DNA of 64,000 nt from an uncultured Clostridia bacterium (lineage in GTDB: Bacteria; CAYTYR01; UBA6262): contig CAYTYR010000001.1 in the NCBI GenBank assembly GCA_964441745.1, positions 1 through 64,000 on the forward strand, in the 5' to 3' direction. The position numbers were made by a program, and so were the translations under genes. Shown one piece after another: positions 19,559 to 29,623 of this stretch (position 1 is its first letter; each line of letters starts with the position of its first letter). The notes beneath the pieces were generated by a model, which made no database searches, had not been told where the DNA came from, and saw only the letters and a list, made by a program, of their open reading frames with translations.

Positions 19559-20854
19559 TTACTCCTCTATGCGTATATACACGGTATCAGACTGCACCAC
19601 CGGCAGCCGGTTGATCTCAGCCAGGGCTTTCATCACATTCTTTTCCAACGCCTTGTGAGTGATCATGATGATCGGTACCCGGTTGCGCCGGCCATAGCCC
19701 TTTTGGAAACAGGATTCAATACTGACCTTATTTTTTCCCAGGATACCGGATATCTTGGACAGCACGCCAGGTTTATCCTTGGTAGTAAAGCGCATGTAAT
19801 ATTTGGTTTCCAATTCGGAAATATTCCTGATCTTCAACTTTTTATCAGGATCATAATGCACATAGGGCATCGTGCCGGCAGTCTTATAATAAATACCGCG
19901 TGATAAGTCGATAATATCACTGACCACGGCGCTGGCAGCTGGCATTTGCCCGGCCCCCTGGCCGTAATACATGGTGTCACCAGCCGCGTCGCCGCTGATA
20001 TAAATAGCGTTATACTGGTTGTCAACCGAGGTCAGGAGGTGCTCCTTGGAGATCAAGGTCGGATGGACGCGGATCTGGATCGCCCCGTGATCATCCTTGG
20101 CAATAGCCAGCAATTTCAAAGCATACCCAAATTCCTCGTCAGCATAGATGACATCCTGCAAGGAAATTTTTTCAATTCCCTGGCAATAAATGTCTTCCGG
20201 CTTGATCCAGGAACCAAACGCAATAGAAGCCAGGATCGAGATCTTATGCCTGGAATCTATGCCTTTAATATCCAAAGATGGATTGCGTTCAGCAAAACCA
20301 AGTTTCTGCGCCTGGCGCAAGGCCTTATCGAAATCCATTTTCTCTTCGCTCATCTTAGTCAGGATAAAATTGGTAGTCCCGTTCAGGATCCCCAGGATAG
20401 ACTCAATCTTATTCGCGGCCAATCCTTCATTCAATGATTCAATAATCGGTATCCCACCGCCGACACTCGCCTCGAAATAGATCAACACGCCATATTTCCT
20501 GGCCTGGACAAAGATCTCATCCCAATACTGGGATAAAAGCGCTTTATTGGCAGTGACCACATGCTTACCCTGCTGGAAGGCCTGCAAGATGATCTTGCGG
20601 GAAAAATCAATTCCACCTACCAACTCTACCACCAGGTCAATCTCCGGATTCTGGATAATCTCCTCTGGATCTTTACAAAAAAGATCCCTGTACCGGGCTG
20701 GCACTTTATCAGCTATCCGCGGATTAAGATCGCATATTTTGACAATATTTACCGGAGCGCCCACTCTTTTTTCAATGGACCTCTGGTGTTTTTCCATAAT
20801 TTTCAGCACACCCTGACCGACGGTACCGCAGCCGATCAAGCCTATATTAATCAT
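19559..20854 (-). CDS. hom: Homoserine dehydrogenase
   Basis: GCGTVG, VTANKA, EASVGGGIP, C-terminal ACT. Confidence 0.96.
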   Translation of the reverse strand: MINIGLIGCGTVGQGVLKIMEKHQRSIEKRVGAPVNIVKICDLNPRIADKVPARYRDLFCKDPEEIIQNPEIDLVVELVGGIDFSRKIILQAFQQGKHVVTANKALLSQYWDEIFVQARKYGVLIYFEASVGGGIPIIESLNEGLAANKIESILGILNGTTNFILTKMSEEKMDFDKALRQAQKLGFAERNPSLDIKGIDSRHKISILASIAFGSWIKPEDIYCQGIEKISLQDVIYADEEFGYALKLLAIAKDDHGAIQIRVHPTLISKEHLLTSVDNQYNAIYISGDAAGDTMYYGQGAGQMPAASAVVSDIIDLSRGIYYKTAGTMPYVHYDPDKKLKIRNISELETKYYMRFTTKDKPGVLSKISGILGKNKVSIESCFQKGYGRRNRVPIIMITHKALEKNVMKALAEINRLPVVQSDTVYIRIEE

Positions 20855-20867
20855 ATATAAAATCTCC

Positions 20868-21926
20868 CTATCTTAGAATAGCCACAATAGTACTTTGCAT
20901 ATCGAAGTTTCCCTTAATTGGTATTACTTCTAATCGGTTATATCCTGAGTTGAGTTTCCACGTATACTTGCTCTTGACAACATCTTTCTGGTCATTACTG
21001 ATAACCAGATATTCACTAGTAGGAGTTAGTAATGTCTTAAACTCTATTGTCAGGATCCCTCTTTTTTGATCTTTATCAACAACTTTTATATCGCAAATAT
21101 CAGGTTTCCAATAAAATAATGGTTCACTTTGGATCCCCTGGTACAGTAAAGACGCATCTCCCCAGATCACACTTGAAGATAGCTTTTTATTTACCGCTGT
21201 TACCTTCTCATGAATATGAACCGGATGATCCCAATGGTTATTTCTTAGAATAATCGCAAACTCATAAAAACCTTGGAGATCATCACGTTCCGCTTTTTTA
21301 GTTGCAGGACCACTTACTAGTTTGACATCCGGCAATACAGCGGCGCGGCCAGCGCGACTGATCTCTAAAGCACTCAAAGGTATATCTTGCGCTTTATAAT
21401 ATCTGTCAAAGTACGGATCTATCACTATCCATTTGTTAAAATCACGCGACCACACTTCTGTCACAAAATGGCTGTCGCCATCTTTTGCCTGTAAATCCAC
21501 GTAACGTACCGGTATCCCTAGCCCAGTCAAGACCTGGGCAAAAACAATCGCAAATTGTCCACAAAAAGGATGACTTTTGCCAGACCGCACCCAAGACAAT
21601 ATAGTTTCAGCATTCCAAGGAGGATAAGGATCAGGATCACCAGGCGCTCCCAGTTGTTCTTTAACCCAATTTTTGACTTTTAATATGCCTTGAAATTCGT
21701 TGTCACTCTTGTTAAAGAGTTCTGTCAGGCCCTCTCGTTTTATAAAGGAAATTATTTCTGGATTACGCAAATCCTCGAAAATGAAATAGCTATTAGTATC
21801 AATAATTTTGACTGCTTCTATTTCTTTGATCTCAATCCGGTCATTTTGGTAATTCTTCCACCCTATAACCCAAACGCCAACCGCCAAAACTATTCCGACA
21901 AACAAGATACATGCTTTATTCTTCAA
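20868..21926 (-). CDS. Membrane-anchored transglutaminase-like protein
   Basis: N-terminal TM; FCGQFA...HFVTEVW...WIVIDP Cys-His-Asp triad. Confidence 0.75.
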   Translation of the reverse strand: MKNKACILFVGIVLAVGVWVIGWKNYQNDRIEIKEIEAVKIIDTNSYFIFEDLRNPEIISFIKREGLTELFNKSDNEFQGILKVKNWVKEQLGAPGDPDPYPPWNAETILSWVRSGKSHPFCGQFAIVFAQVLTGLGIPVRYVDLQAKDGDSHFVTEVWSRDFNKWIVIDPYFDRYYKAQDIPLSALEISRAGRAAVLPDVKLVSGPATKKAERDDLQGFYEFAIILRNNHWDHPVHIHEKVTAVNKKLSSSVIWGDASLLYQGIQSEPLFYWKPDICDIKVVDKDQKRGILTIEFKTLLTPTSEYLVISNDQKDVVKSKYTWKLNSGYNRLEVIPIKGNFDMQSTIVAILR

Positions 21927-21936
21927 AAAATCCTCT

Positions 21937-23127
21937 TTACCGCAATAATTTTTTTAATCTCATTAAAGCATCATGGAACCGGTTATCATGAGTCACCAAG
22001 GCAATACGCACATACCCTTCCCCATTTTCACCGAAACCATTTCCTGGCGAAACCGCGATGCCTGTTTCTTTGAGCAGGAACTCGCAGAACTCCAGTGATT
22101 TCATCTGCTTGAACTTATCCGGGATCGGCGCCCATAAATACATCGTGGCTTTGGGCTTGTTCACTTTCCAGCCTAACTTGTTTAATCCCTCAACCATCAG
22201 GTCGCGCCTACGCTGATAGACCTTACAGGTTTCTGTGATACAATCCTGCGGGCCAGTCAGAGCTGATACGCCGGCCAATTGCAGCGCGGTGAAAACACCA
22301 TAATCCATGTAGCTTTTGAACTTTTCCAGATAGCCCAGTATCCGGGCATTACCTACAGCAAAGCCCATGCGCCAGCCAGCCATGTTATAGGTTTTGGAAA
22401 AAGAGCCAAATTCTATAGCCACATCCCTGGCGCCAGGCACCTGCATGAAGCTGGGCGCCTTATAGCCGTCAAAGCAAATTTCTGAATAAGCCAGGTCACT
22501 GCCCACAATAATATCGTACTTTTTGGCAAAAGCCACAACTTCTTCATAAAATTTCAGGTCTTCTACCACTGCCGCTGTCGGATTATTAGGATAGTTTATG
22601 AACATCAATTTGGCTTTACGGGCAACATCTTCCGGGATCTTGGTTAAGTCGGGTAAATACTTATTTTCTTCAAGCAAAGGCATCAAATGAACCTGGCCGC
22701 CAGCCAGGATCACGCCATTATAATGCACAGGGTAACACGGTCCCGGCACCAAGGCAATATCCCCGGCATCAAGTATCGCCGCGGCTAAATGGCCCACTCC
22801 TTCTTTGGAACCGACCAGGGCTAAGGCCTCAGTCTCTGGATCAAAAGTGAGACCAAACCTGTTCTGATAGAATTGGCAAACAGCCTGCCGGAACTTCGGC
22901 ATTCCCTTGGCCTGCGGATAGCGGTGCGTATTAGGATGATTGGTCACGGTATCTACCAACCGGTCAATCACATGTTTCGGCGTTGGCAAATCAGGATTTC
23001 CCATGCTCAAGTCGATAACATCCAGTTTCTTGCTGTATGCATCTTTCATCAAATTCTTCATTACCGCGAAAACATATGGCGGCAACTTTTTTAGCTTATC
23101 TGAACATTCAACCATTTTTTCTCCCAA
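21937..23127 (-). CDS. PLP-dependent class I/II aminotransferase (AlaC / LL-DAP aminotransferase-like)
   Basis: GSKEG, NYPNNPT, DLAY, SFSKTYNMAGWRMG. Confidence 0.9.
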   Translation of the reverse strand: MGEKMVECSDKLKKLPPYVFAVMKNLMKDAYSKKLDVIDLSMGNPDLPTPKHVIDRLVDTVTNHPNTHRYPQAKGMPKFRQAVCQFYQNRFGLTFDPETEALALVGSKEGVGHLAAAILDAGDIALVPGPCYPVHYNGVILAGGQVHLMPLLEENKYLPDLTKIPEDVARKAKLMFINYPNNPTAAVVEDLKFYEEVVAFAKKYDIIVGSDLAYSEICFDGYKAPSFMQVPGARDVAIEFGSFSKTYNMAGWRMGFAVGNARILGYLEKFKSYMDYGVFTALQLAGVSALTGPQDCITETCKVYQRRRDLMVEGLNKLGWKVNKPKATMYLWAPIPDKFKQMKSLEFCEFLLKETGIAVSPGNGFGENGEGYVRIALVTHDNRFHDALMRLKKLLR

Positions 23128-23131
23128 GAAC

Positions 23132-23211
23132 AGTTTTGAGTTTTAAGTTTTGAGTTATAAGTTAAGGTTATTTCACATAAATTCAAAACTCAAAATTTAT
23201 AACTTATAACT
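23132..23211. repeat. Inverted heptamer arrays (GTTTTRA/GTTATAA)n / (CTCAAAA/TTATAAC)n
   Basis: Between lipA and the aminotransferase; overlaps the lipA stop. Confidence 0.75.
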
Positions 23212-24057
23212 GCCTTTTATTTTTTGAAAAAGTTCTTTCGCTAGATAAGAGCTCCGCATATTTGGACTCGATGCTACTGAAAGGAACCCCATATCTTGCG
23301 CTATCTTTTCATAATTCTTAAATTCTTCCCGGCTTAAGTACCTGGTTACCGGTATATTACTTTTAGTAGGCTGGAAATATTGTCCCAGTACTACGACATC
23401 GCAGTTTATTTTCCTTAAATCCTGCAAAACTGCGATAATACCTTCTTTATCTTCACCTAAACCAAGCATCAGCCCGCTCTTAGTTATCGTCTTTGGACTT
23501 TTTTGCTTACAATATTCTAAAACTTTCAAACTGCGCTGGTAATCAGCTTCCGGCCGAACCGTGTTATACAATCCCGGGACAGTTTCCACGTTATGATTAA
23601 AAATATCCGGCTGGGCAGCCAGCACCGCATCCACAGCCTGATAATTAAGCTGAAAATCCGGAGTCAGTACTTCGATCATAGAACCAGGGGTAGTTGCCCG
23701 CACCGCCTGGATTGTCTGGACAAACTGACTGGCGCCGCCATCAGCTAAATCATCCCGAGTCACTGAAGTGATGACCACATGCTCCAAGCCCAATTCCTTA
23801 ACAAATATAGCTATCCGTCCTGGTTCCTCAGCATCCAGCAATTGCGGCGTATCATTTTTCCTGACACTGCAGAATCGGCAATGGCGAGTGCAAATATCGC
23901 CCAGGATCAGGAAAGTAGCTGTTTTTTTGCCGAAACATTCACTTTTATTCGGACAGCGGGCGCTAACACATACAGTATGAAGACGGTTTTTATTCAAAAG
24001 AGCGTTTAATTCTACTATTTTAGTCAAGTCTATTTTGTTTTTTACTGAATTATTCAT
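23197..24057 (-). CDS. lipA: Lipoyl synthase
   Basis: CxxxxCxxxxxC (CVSARCPNKSEC), CTRHCRFC and RSSY motifs. Confidence 0.93.
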   Translation of the reverse strand: MNNSVKNKIDLTKIVELNALLNKNRLHTVCVSARCPNKSECFGKKTATFLILGDICTRHCRFCSVRKNDTPQLLDAEEPGRIAIFVKELGLEHVVITSVTRDDLADGGASQFVQTIQAVRATTPGSMIEVLTPDFQLNYQAVDAVLAAQPDIFNHNVETVPGLYNTVRPEADYQRSLKVLEYCKQKSPKTITKSGLMLGLGEDKEGIIAVLQDLRKINCDVVVLGQYFQPTKSNIPVTRYLSREEFKNYEKIAQDMGFLSVASSPNMRSSYLAKELFQKIKGSYKL

Positions 24058-24059
24058 AA

Positions 24060-24299
24060 TTAATTTAATTTTTTCTTCATGAACAGGAACAGCAAATATC
24101 CTACACCAACGCAAACCATGCCGTAAGTAATCTGGAATACGCCAAAACGCAGCCAGTCAGCAGCAGTGACAAATTCGCTGTCTGGCTTGTTGACACCCAG
24201 CAGCCGCAAAAACCCAAAGATCGTCACTAAAACGCCCCAGCCATAAAAGGCCCAGCCGGCTAATTTCACCAATCCCCTGATCTCTTTTTTCCCTGCCAT
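24060..24299 (-). CDS. Small two-TM membrane protein
   Basis: 79-aa ORF with RBS, tightly packed between lpdA and lipA. Confidence 0.65.
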   Translation of the reverse strand: MAGKKEIRGLVKLAGWAFYGWGVLVTIFGFLRLLGVNKPDSEFVTAADWLRFGVFQITYGMVCVGVGYLLFLFMKKKLN

Positions 24300-24301
24300 T
24301 T

Positions 24302-25690
24302 TTACCTCTTTTTGCCAATACTGATGGCCCGGCCATCCACATCTTCCATGGCTTCTTTGACTGCTTCACTCAATGTCGGATGGGCAAATACTGCCTGGGA
24401 AAACTGTTTCGTAGTCATTGTATTAGCCATAGCCAGGGCTATCTGGTTGATCAGTTCCGCTGCTTGCGGTCCAATAATATGCCCGCCCAGAATTTGTCCG
24501 GTTTCCGCTTGAGCCATAATCTTGACAAAACCCCGGGTATCACCCATAGCTTGGGCCTTGCCAAGTGCGGCAAAAGGGAATTTACCCATTTTGACCGCTC
24601 CGTCAGCTTTAGCTTCCTGCTCTCGCTGGCCAACCATGCCTATTTCCGGGGCAGTAAAGATACATTTAGGCAGCGCGGTATAATTTGCTTCTTGTTTTTC
24701 ACCGCCGGCAATATTTTCAGCTGCAATCACTGCATCATATGACGCTTTATGGGCCAGCATCGGCCCGGCAATACAATCGCCAATCGCATAAATATTTTTA
24801 GCTGTTGTTTCTAAGTGTTTATTGACCTTGATCCGGCCGCGTTCCACAGTGATTCCTGCCTGCTCCAGCCCCAAATCATCAATATTTGCCTGGCGGCCAA
24901 CGGCAGTGATCACTAAATCCACGGTTATTTCTTCTTTAGAGCTCAGGATAATTTTTATCTTGTCCTGCTCTTTGATTACCCCGGTCACAGCTAAACCAGT
25001 ATAGATCTTCATACCACTGCGGGCCATACCCACCGCCAGCATTTTGGCTATTTCCTCATCTGCTTCCGGCAGGATCTGCGCAGTTAATTCCACCAGATGG
25101 ACCTGCACTCCCAGATCATGGAAAATCTGGGCAAATTCACAGCCAATCGCTCCTCCGCCTACAATGAGGATACTGGCCGGCAGTTTAGTCAAATTAAAGA
25201 TCTGGTCACTGTTAATTATATTTTGGCCGTCTGTTTTTAAGGCTGGCAAAGCTACTGGCCTGCTGCCTGTCGCAATGATAATATTCTTAGCCTCGATCCG
25301 GCGTTGATCCGGATTATTAGCCTCTTTTACGATAATGGTGTTAGCGTCCTGTAGCCGGGCATATCCTGCCACCAAAGCGATCTTGTTCGCTTTAAACAGG
25401 GTTTCCAATCCTTTGCGCAGATTACTTATAACCGTATCTTTTTTTTGAAAAAGCTTTTCCCAAGACACTGGATATTCAGCGCTCAGGCCGGTCAGTTCCC
25501 TGGCTTTTTTCACGGTCTTTAGATTTTCAATGATGGTCTTGGTAGGGATACAACCCCAGTTTAAACATACTCCGCCTAAAAGCACGTTTTCTATTACCAC
25601 CACACTAGCGCCTAGCTGGCTAGCCCTGATGGCAGCAGTATAACCCCCTGGACCAGCGCCAATTATAGCCAGGTCGAATACTTCATTCAT
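24302..25690 (-). CDS. lpdA: Dihydrolipoyl dehydrogenase
   Basis: GAGPGG, GGVCLNWGCIP, HPTLSE. Confidence 0.95.
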   Translation of the reverse strand: MNEVFDLAIIGAGPGGYTAAIRASQLGASVVVIENVLLGGVCLNWGCIPTKTIIENLKTVKKARELTGLSAEYPVSWEKLFQKKDTVISNLRKGLETLFKANKIALVAGYARLQDANTIIVKEANNPDQRRIEAKNIIIATGSRPVALPALKTDGQNIINSDQIFNLTKLPASILIVGGGAIGCEFAQIFHDLGVQVHLVELTAQILPEADEEIAKMLAVGMARSGMKIYTGLAVTGVIKEQDKIKIILSSKEEITVDLVITAVGRQANIDDLGLEQAGITVERGRIKVNKHLETTAKNIYAIGDCIAGPMLAHKASYDAVIAAENIAGGEKQEANYTALPKCIFTAPEIGMVGQREQEAKADGAVKMGKFPFAALGKAQAMGDTRGFVKIMAQAETGQILGGHIIGPQAAELINQIALAMANTMTTKQFSQAVFAHPTLSEAVKEAMEDVDGRAISIGKKR

Positions 25691-25772
25691 AGTGTCTCAT
25701 CCGTCTATTTTAGGTTTGAAAGGGTAGGAAGAAGCTCTCCCTACCCTTGATAGTAAACACTAAATAATCTTT

Positions 25773-25806
25773 AATCTGTGTAATCCGCTTTTAAATCCGC
25801 GTAATC
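25773..25806 (-). repeat. Paired AATCYGYGTAATC boxes
   Basis: 25773-25785 and 25794-25806. Confidence 0.8.
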
Positions 25807-25837
25807 TCGGCCTGCTGTTTTTTAGCAGGCCTGGGAA

Positions 25838-26110
25838 TTACTTTACTGCATTTTTCAGAGTAGTACTCGCTTTAAAAACAGGCACTTTCCGGGCCGGAAT
25901 CTGCACGCTGGCGCCGGTTTTTGGATTACGCCCGGTACGCGCTTTACGAGTTTTCACCTTGAAAGCGCCCAAACCGGCAATGGCTACCTTCCCGTTTTGT
26001 TTTAAAGTCTGGGTGATCTCCTTGATGATGGCCAAGACGGCACGACTAGCCGCGGCTTTATTGATCTTGGCAGCTGTAGCGACTTTTTCGATCAAGATAA
26101 CTTTATTCAT
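25838..26110 (-). CDS. hup: HU family DNA-binding protein
   Basis: GLGAF...RKARTGRNPKTG...PVFKAS. Confidence 0.93.
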   Translation of the reverse strand: MNKVILIEKVATAAKINKAAASRAVLAIIKEITQTLKQNGKVAIAGLGAFKVKTRKARTGRNPKTGASVQIPARKVPVFKASTTLKNAVK

Positions 26111-26222
26111 CTTCTTACCCCCTCTGGCAAAATTCTGAGATAATTATAAAAACAGAGTTTGGTTACTATAATACCTATTTTTGCTTTATTTGTCAAGGGA
26201 TTTTTTGAGGCAAGGCCTCATC

Positions 26223-26255
26223 GATTACGCGGATTTTAACATGATTACACGGATT
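26223..26255 (+). repeat. Paired GATTACRCGGATT boxes
   Basis: 26223-26235 and 26243-26255. Confidence 0.8.
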
Positions 26256-26279
26256 AAAGATTTCAGGTAATCTATGGGG

Positions 26280-27941
26280 TTACATCTTTTCGGGGGCGGA
26301 AATACCCAGCAGGAACAACCCATCCTTGAGGACAATACTGACCGCTTTGATCAAATGAAGGCGGGCCAGACTCAATTCCCGGTTTTCCGTAACAATGCGG
26401 TGTTTGGTATAGAAGTTATGAAATACAGTAGCTACTTCTTGTAAATAAATAGTAAGCCAGTGAGGATCATAGGTCCTGGCGCAATCAGCCAGTATTTTGC
26501 TGAAATTTGCCAGTTTTTTGATCAATTGCATCTCTTCGGGCTCTTGTAGCAGCTCTAAAGTTTTTAACTGTCCGCTGTCCGCTGTCAACTGTACGCTGTT
26601 TCTTTCCGCTTCTTTGAATACGCTGGAAATACGCGCATGGGCGTATTGCACATAGTAAACCGGATTGTCTGAACTGTGTTTTTTAGCCAATTCCAGGTCA
26701 AAATCAAGAGCACTGTCCGGACTGCGCATCAAGAAGAAGAACCGGCAGGCGTCTTTGCCTACTTCATCCAAGACCTGTCGTAAAGTGACAAATTCACCAG
26801 CCCTTGTGGACATAGGAACTGTTTCTTTGCCTCTTTTAAGGCTGACCAGCTGGTATAAGATGATCTTTAATTTTTCAGCGGGATACCCCAGGGCTTGGAT
26901 TGCAGCCATCATCCTGGGCACATAGCCATGATGGTCAGCTCCCCAGATATCGATGACTTGTTCAAAACCACGCTTAAACTTATTTTCATGATACGCTATA
27001 TCGCTGGCAAAATAGGTTGGCCGGCCATCAGCCCGGAAAATCACCCGGTCCTTGTCATCGCCAAAATCAGTGGTTTTAACGAAAACCGCGCCGTCTTCCT
27101 CATATGTTCTGCCCTGTTCTCCCCGATTCAGCTGACTTAATATTTCTTTTTTTAGGTCTTTATTTTCATACAGAGTATTTTCAAAGAACCAATTATCGAA
27201 TATCACTCCAAAATCTTCCAGGTCCTTTTTTATCCAACCCAAAATCGTATTAATTGCGTATTCCCGAAAAGCGTTTTCATCTGCCATCTGCCGTCCGTCA
27301 GCTGCTATCTGTTCAGCTATTTCCTTGATATAATCGCCTTTATACCCGTCTTCCGGTATTTCCTTATCCTCAAAACGTGCCTGTACCGATTTACCCAGGA
27401 TGTTCATCTGATTACCGATATTATTCACATAGTACTCTTTCTGGATCTTATAACCCAGGGCAGCAAAGATCCTGGCTAAGGTATCGCCAGTAGCGGCTCC
27501 CCGGCCATGGCCAACATGCAATGGCCCGGTAGGATTAGCGCTAACAAATTCAATCTGTATCGACTTGTCTCTCCCGACAGTAGTCTGGCCGTATTTGCCT
27601 TGTAAGGAAAGGATTTCACTTAGTTCGCGATAAATCCTTTCTTTGGCAACAAAAAAATTAATGAATCCATTACCGGCAACTTCAACTTTTTCCAGTAATC
27701 TTGTATCTGGAGGGAGTTTTTCTACGATGAGTTTCGCTAAATTGCGCGGCGTTTTTCCATAAAAAGCAGCGCCAAAAAAAGCAATATTGGAAGCGTAATC
27801 GCCAAATTTTTCATTACTGGGCAAGGTTAAAAAAAACTTTTCGCTTGACCAAATAAATAATTTATCCTCTTTCGCCAAATCCGCAGACACAGCCTTGACC
27901 GCTGTCTCCAGCAGGTTGATGATCTCATTGTAAATAGTCAC
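26280..27941 (-). CDS. argS: Arginine--tRNA ligase
   Basis: SANPTGPLHVGH, WGADHHGY, MSTRAG, YVQYAHARI, PEKM. Confidence 0.97.
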   Translation of the reverse strand: MTIYNEIINLLETAVKAVSADLAKEDKLFIWSSEKFFLTLPSNEKFGDYASNIAFFGAAFYGKTPRNLAKLIVEKLPPDTRLLEKVEVAGNGFINFFVAKERIYRELSEILSLQGKYGQTTVGRDKSIQIEFVSANPTGPLHVGHGRGAATGDTLARIFAALGYKIQKEYYVNNIGNQMNILGKSVQARFEDKEIPEDGYKGDYIKEIAEQIAADGRQMADENAFREYAINTILGWIKKDLEDFGVIFDNWFFENTLYENKDLKKEILSQLNRGEQGRTYEEDGAVFVKTTDFGDDKDRVIFRADGRPTYFASDIAYHENKFKRGFEQVIDIWGADHHGYVPRMMAAIQALGYPAEKLKIILYQLVSLKRGKETVPMSTRAGEFVTLRQVLDEVGKDACRFFFLMRSPDSALDFDLELAKKHSSDNPVYYVQYAHARISSVFKEAERNSVQLTADSGQLKTLELLQEPEEMQLIKKLANFSKILADCARTYDPHWLTIYLQEVATVFHNFYTKHRIVTENRELSLARLHLIKAVSIVLKDGLFLLGISAPEKM

Positions 27942-28286
27942 TTAGTTCTCCCATTTCACTTTGACTGCCTTACTCCACAACCTCTCCAGGTTATAGAACT
28001 CCCTGGCTTCTTTGATAAATATATGTACCAAAACACCGGAAAAATCGAGCAATAACCACCGTTTGGACATCTGTTGCTGGCGATTACGCAGTTCTATCCC
28101 TTGATCAGACAAACTGTCGGCAATGGCTTCCCGAACAGCCTGAGCCTGTGGTTGTGAATTAACTGTGACAATAACAAAATAATCAGTAATCGGCGTTAAT
28201 TTCCGGACATCTAAGACAACAATATCCTCACTTTTTTTAGCGTTAGCTGCTTCCGCGGCAACGAGTGCAGGTTTTTTAAAGTTCAC
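27942..28286 (-). CDS. rsfS: Ribosome silencing factor
   Basis: KKSEDIVVLDV, WLLLDF, REFYNLERLW. Confidence 0.92.
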   Translation of the reverse strand: MNFKKPALVAAEAANAKKSEDIVVLDVRKLTPITDYFVIVTVNSQPQAQAVREAIADSLSDQGIELRNRQQQMSKRWLLLDFSGVLVHIFIKEAREFYNLERLWSKAVKVKWEN

Positions 28287-28357
28287 CCAGCCCTTCCTTT
28301 CCCGTTAAATAAACTATTATGTTCGCAAAAACCGTCTTTCTCATATCTCTTGATCAG

Positions 28358-29548
28358 CTAGTTATTGGAAGAGCTGGGCAAGATTTTATGTCTCCAGTCT
28401 TCCCCGATAATGATCACCGCCTGGGTCAGGGAGCTGTCACTCAGGCTGGTTTCAATCTCATCACAATTAAGTATTTTACCCAGGTAATTGGCTGTTTCTA
28501 TATTGCCGGTACGGTCAATGATCTTAGTATGGGCTAAAGTCCGTTCGAAATAGCCCCATGTTAATACATCAACGCCTTTTTGGCGTAAATATTTAGTTAC
28601 TTCCTCAACTGCATCGCGATTATGGGTACCATTCCAAATCTCTACCCGGATATTAGCAACCTTGTTATCTGCTGAGGCTGGGTCCTCCCGCAATAGTTGG
28701 GTTACTTTGTCCATCCGTGGTTTATCTATTGCCCATACCCAGGCTCCCCGTATCGATACGGGGTTACCCGGTAATTGCTGCTGACGGAAATTTTGAGTAT
28801 TTAGTTTCCTTAATTCAGAAATTAGGGTCAATAAATCATATAAACCAAGATTAGTATGAAAGGCTTTGATACTGGTCCAAGCCAGTTGCGGCATCCTGAA
28901 AATGATCGCCGGTGATTTAATTTTTGCTGTTAAGGCCCTGATAAAGTTCCGGTTGCGCTGCATCCGGCCGATATCACCTTGAACATCCTTGCGGAAACGC
29001 AAATACTCCAGGCATTGCTGGCCATTCAGGGTCTGCCGGCCAGGTTTAAAATGGATATGCAGGCTTCCCCAGTTGTCATCATAATCCATTTTTTCAGCTA
29101 TGTCGATGGTGATGCCACCCAAAGCGTCAACGATACTGATCAAGCCCTTAAAATCAATCTGGATATAATAAGGTATTTCCAGGCCCAGCAGATTTTGGGT
29201 GACCTCTCGCGTGAGAGATATTCCTTCTTCGATCCCGCCTTTTTTATAACCGTAAGCAAAGAATTCATTGATACGTAATAATTTATATTGCGGAACCCGT
29301 ACCCGGGAATCACGCGGAATAGAAAGGATATCAGCTAACCGTTGGCGGGGAAGGAAGCTGAAAAACATTAAAACGTCTGCCCTTTTGCTGTTTTCCGTTT
29401 CATCACAGCCGATCAAGAGCAGATTTATCCGTTCGCCTTTTTGCACTGTCCTATTAACCGGGCTGCAAAAGGATAAAACAATCATTATGAAAAGTAAGCC
29501 CAGAGCTAGCCCCAGGATAACTTTGGTTATTATCGATTTATTTTCCAT
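28358..29548 (-). CDS. LCP family protein with C-terminal LytR_C domain
   Basis: RADV, SIPRDS, YLRFR...DIGRMQR; VEIWNGT ... IIIGED. Confidence 0.88.
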   Translation of the reverse strand: MENKSIITKVILGLALGLLFIMIVLSFCSPVNRTVQKGERINLLLIGCDETENSKRADVLMFFSFLPRQRLADILSIPRDSRVRVPQYKLLRINEFFAYGYKKGGIEEGISLTREVTQNLLGLEIPYYIQIDFKGLISIVDALGGITIDIAEKMDYDDNWGSLHIHFKPGRQTLNGQQCLEYLRFRKDVQGDIGRMQRNRNFIRALTAKIKSPAIIFRMPQLAWTSIKAFHTNLGLYDLLTLISELRKLNTQNFRQQQLPGNPVSIRGAWVWAIDKPRMDKVTQLLREDPASADNKVANIRVEIWNGTHNRDAVEEVTKYLRQKGVDVLTWGYFERTLAHTKIIDRTGNIETANYLGKILNCDEIETSLSDSSLTQAVIIIGEDWRHKILPSSSNN

Positions 29549-29562
29549 TATTCCTTGAAGAA

Positions 29563-29584
29563 CCCTGCCTGCCGGCAGGCAGGG
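29563..29584. repeat. Perfect 22-bp palindrome CCCTGCCTGCCGGCAGGCAGGG
   Basis: Read directly; adjacent to a split GATTAC...GCAGATT box. Confidence 0.85.
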
Positions 29585-29623
29585 ATTACCCGCCAAAGAG
29601 CGCCGGCGGGCGCGGCGCAGATT

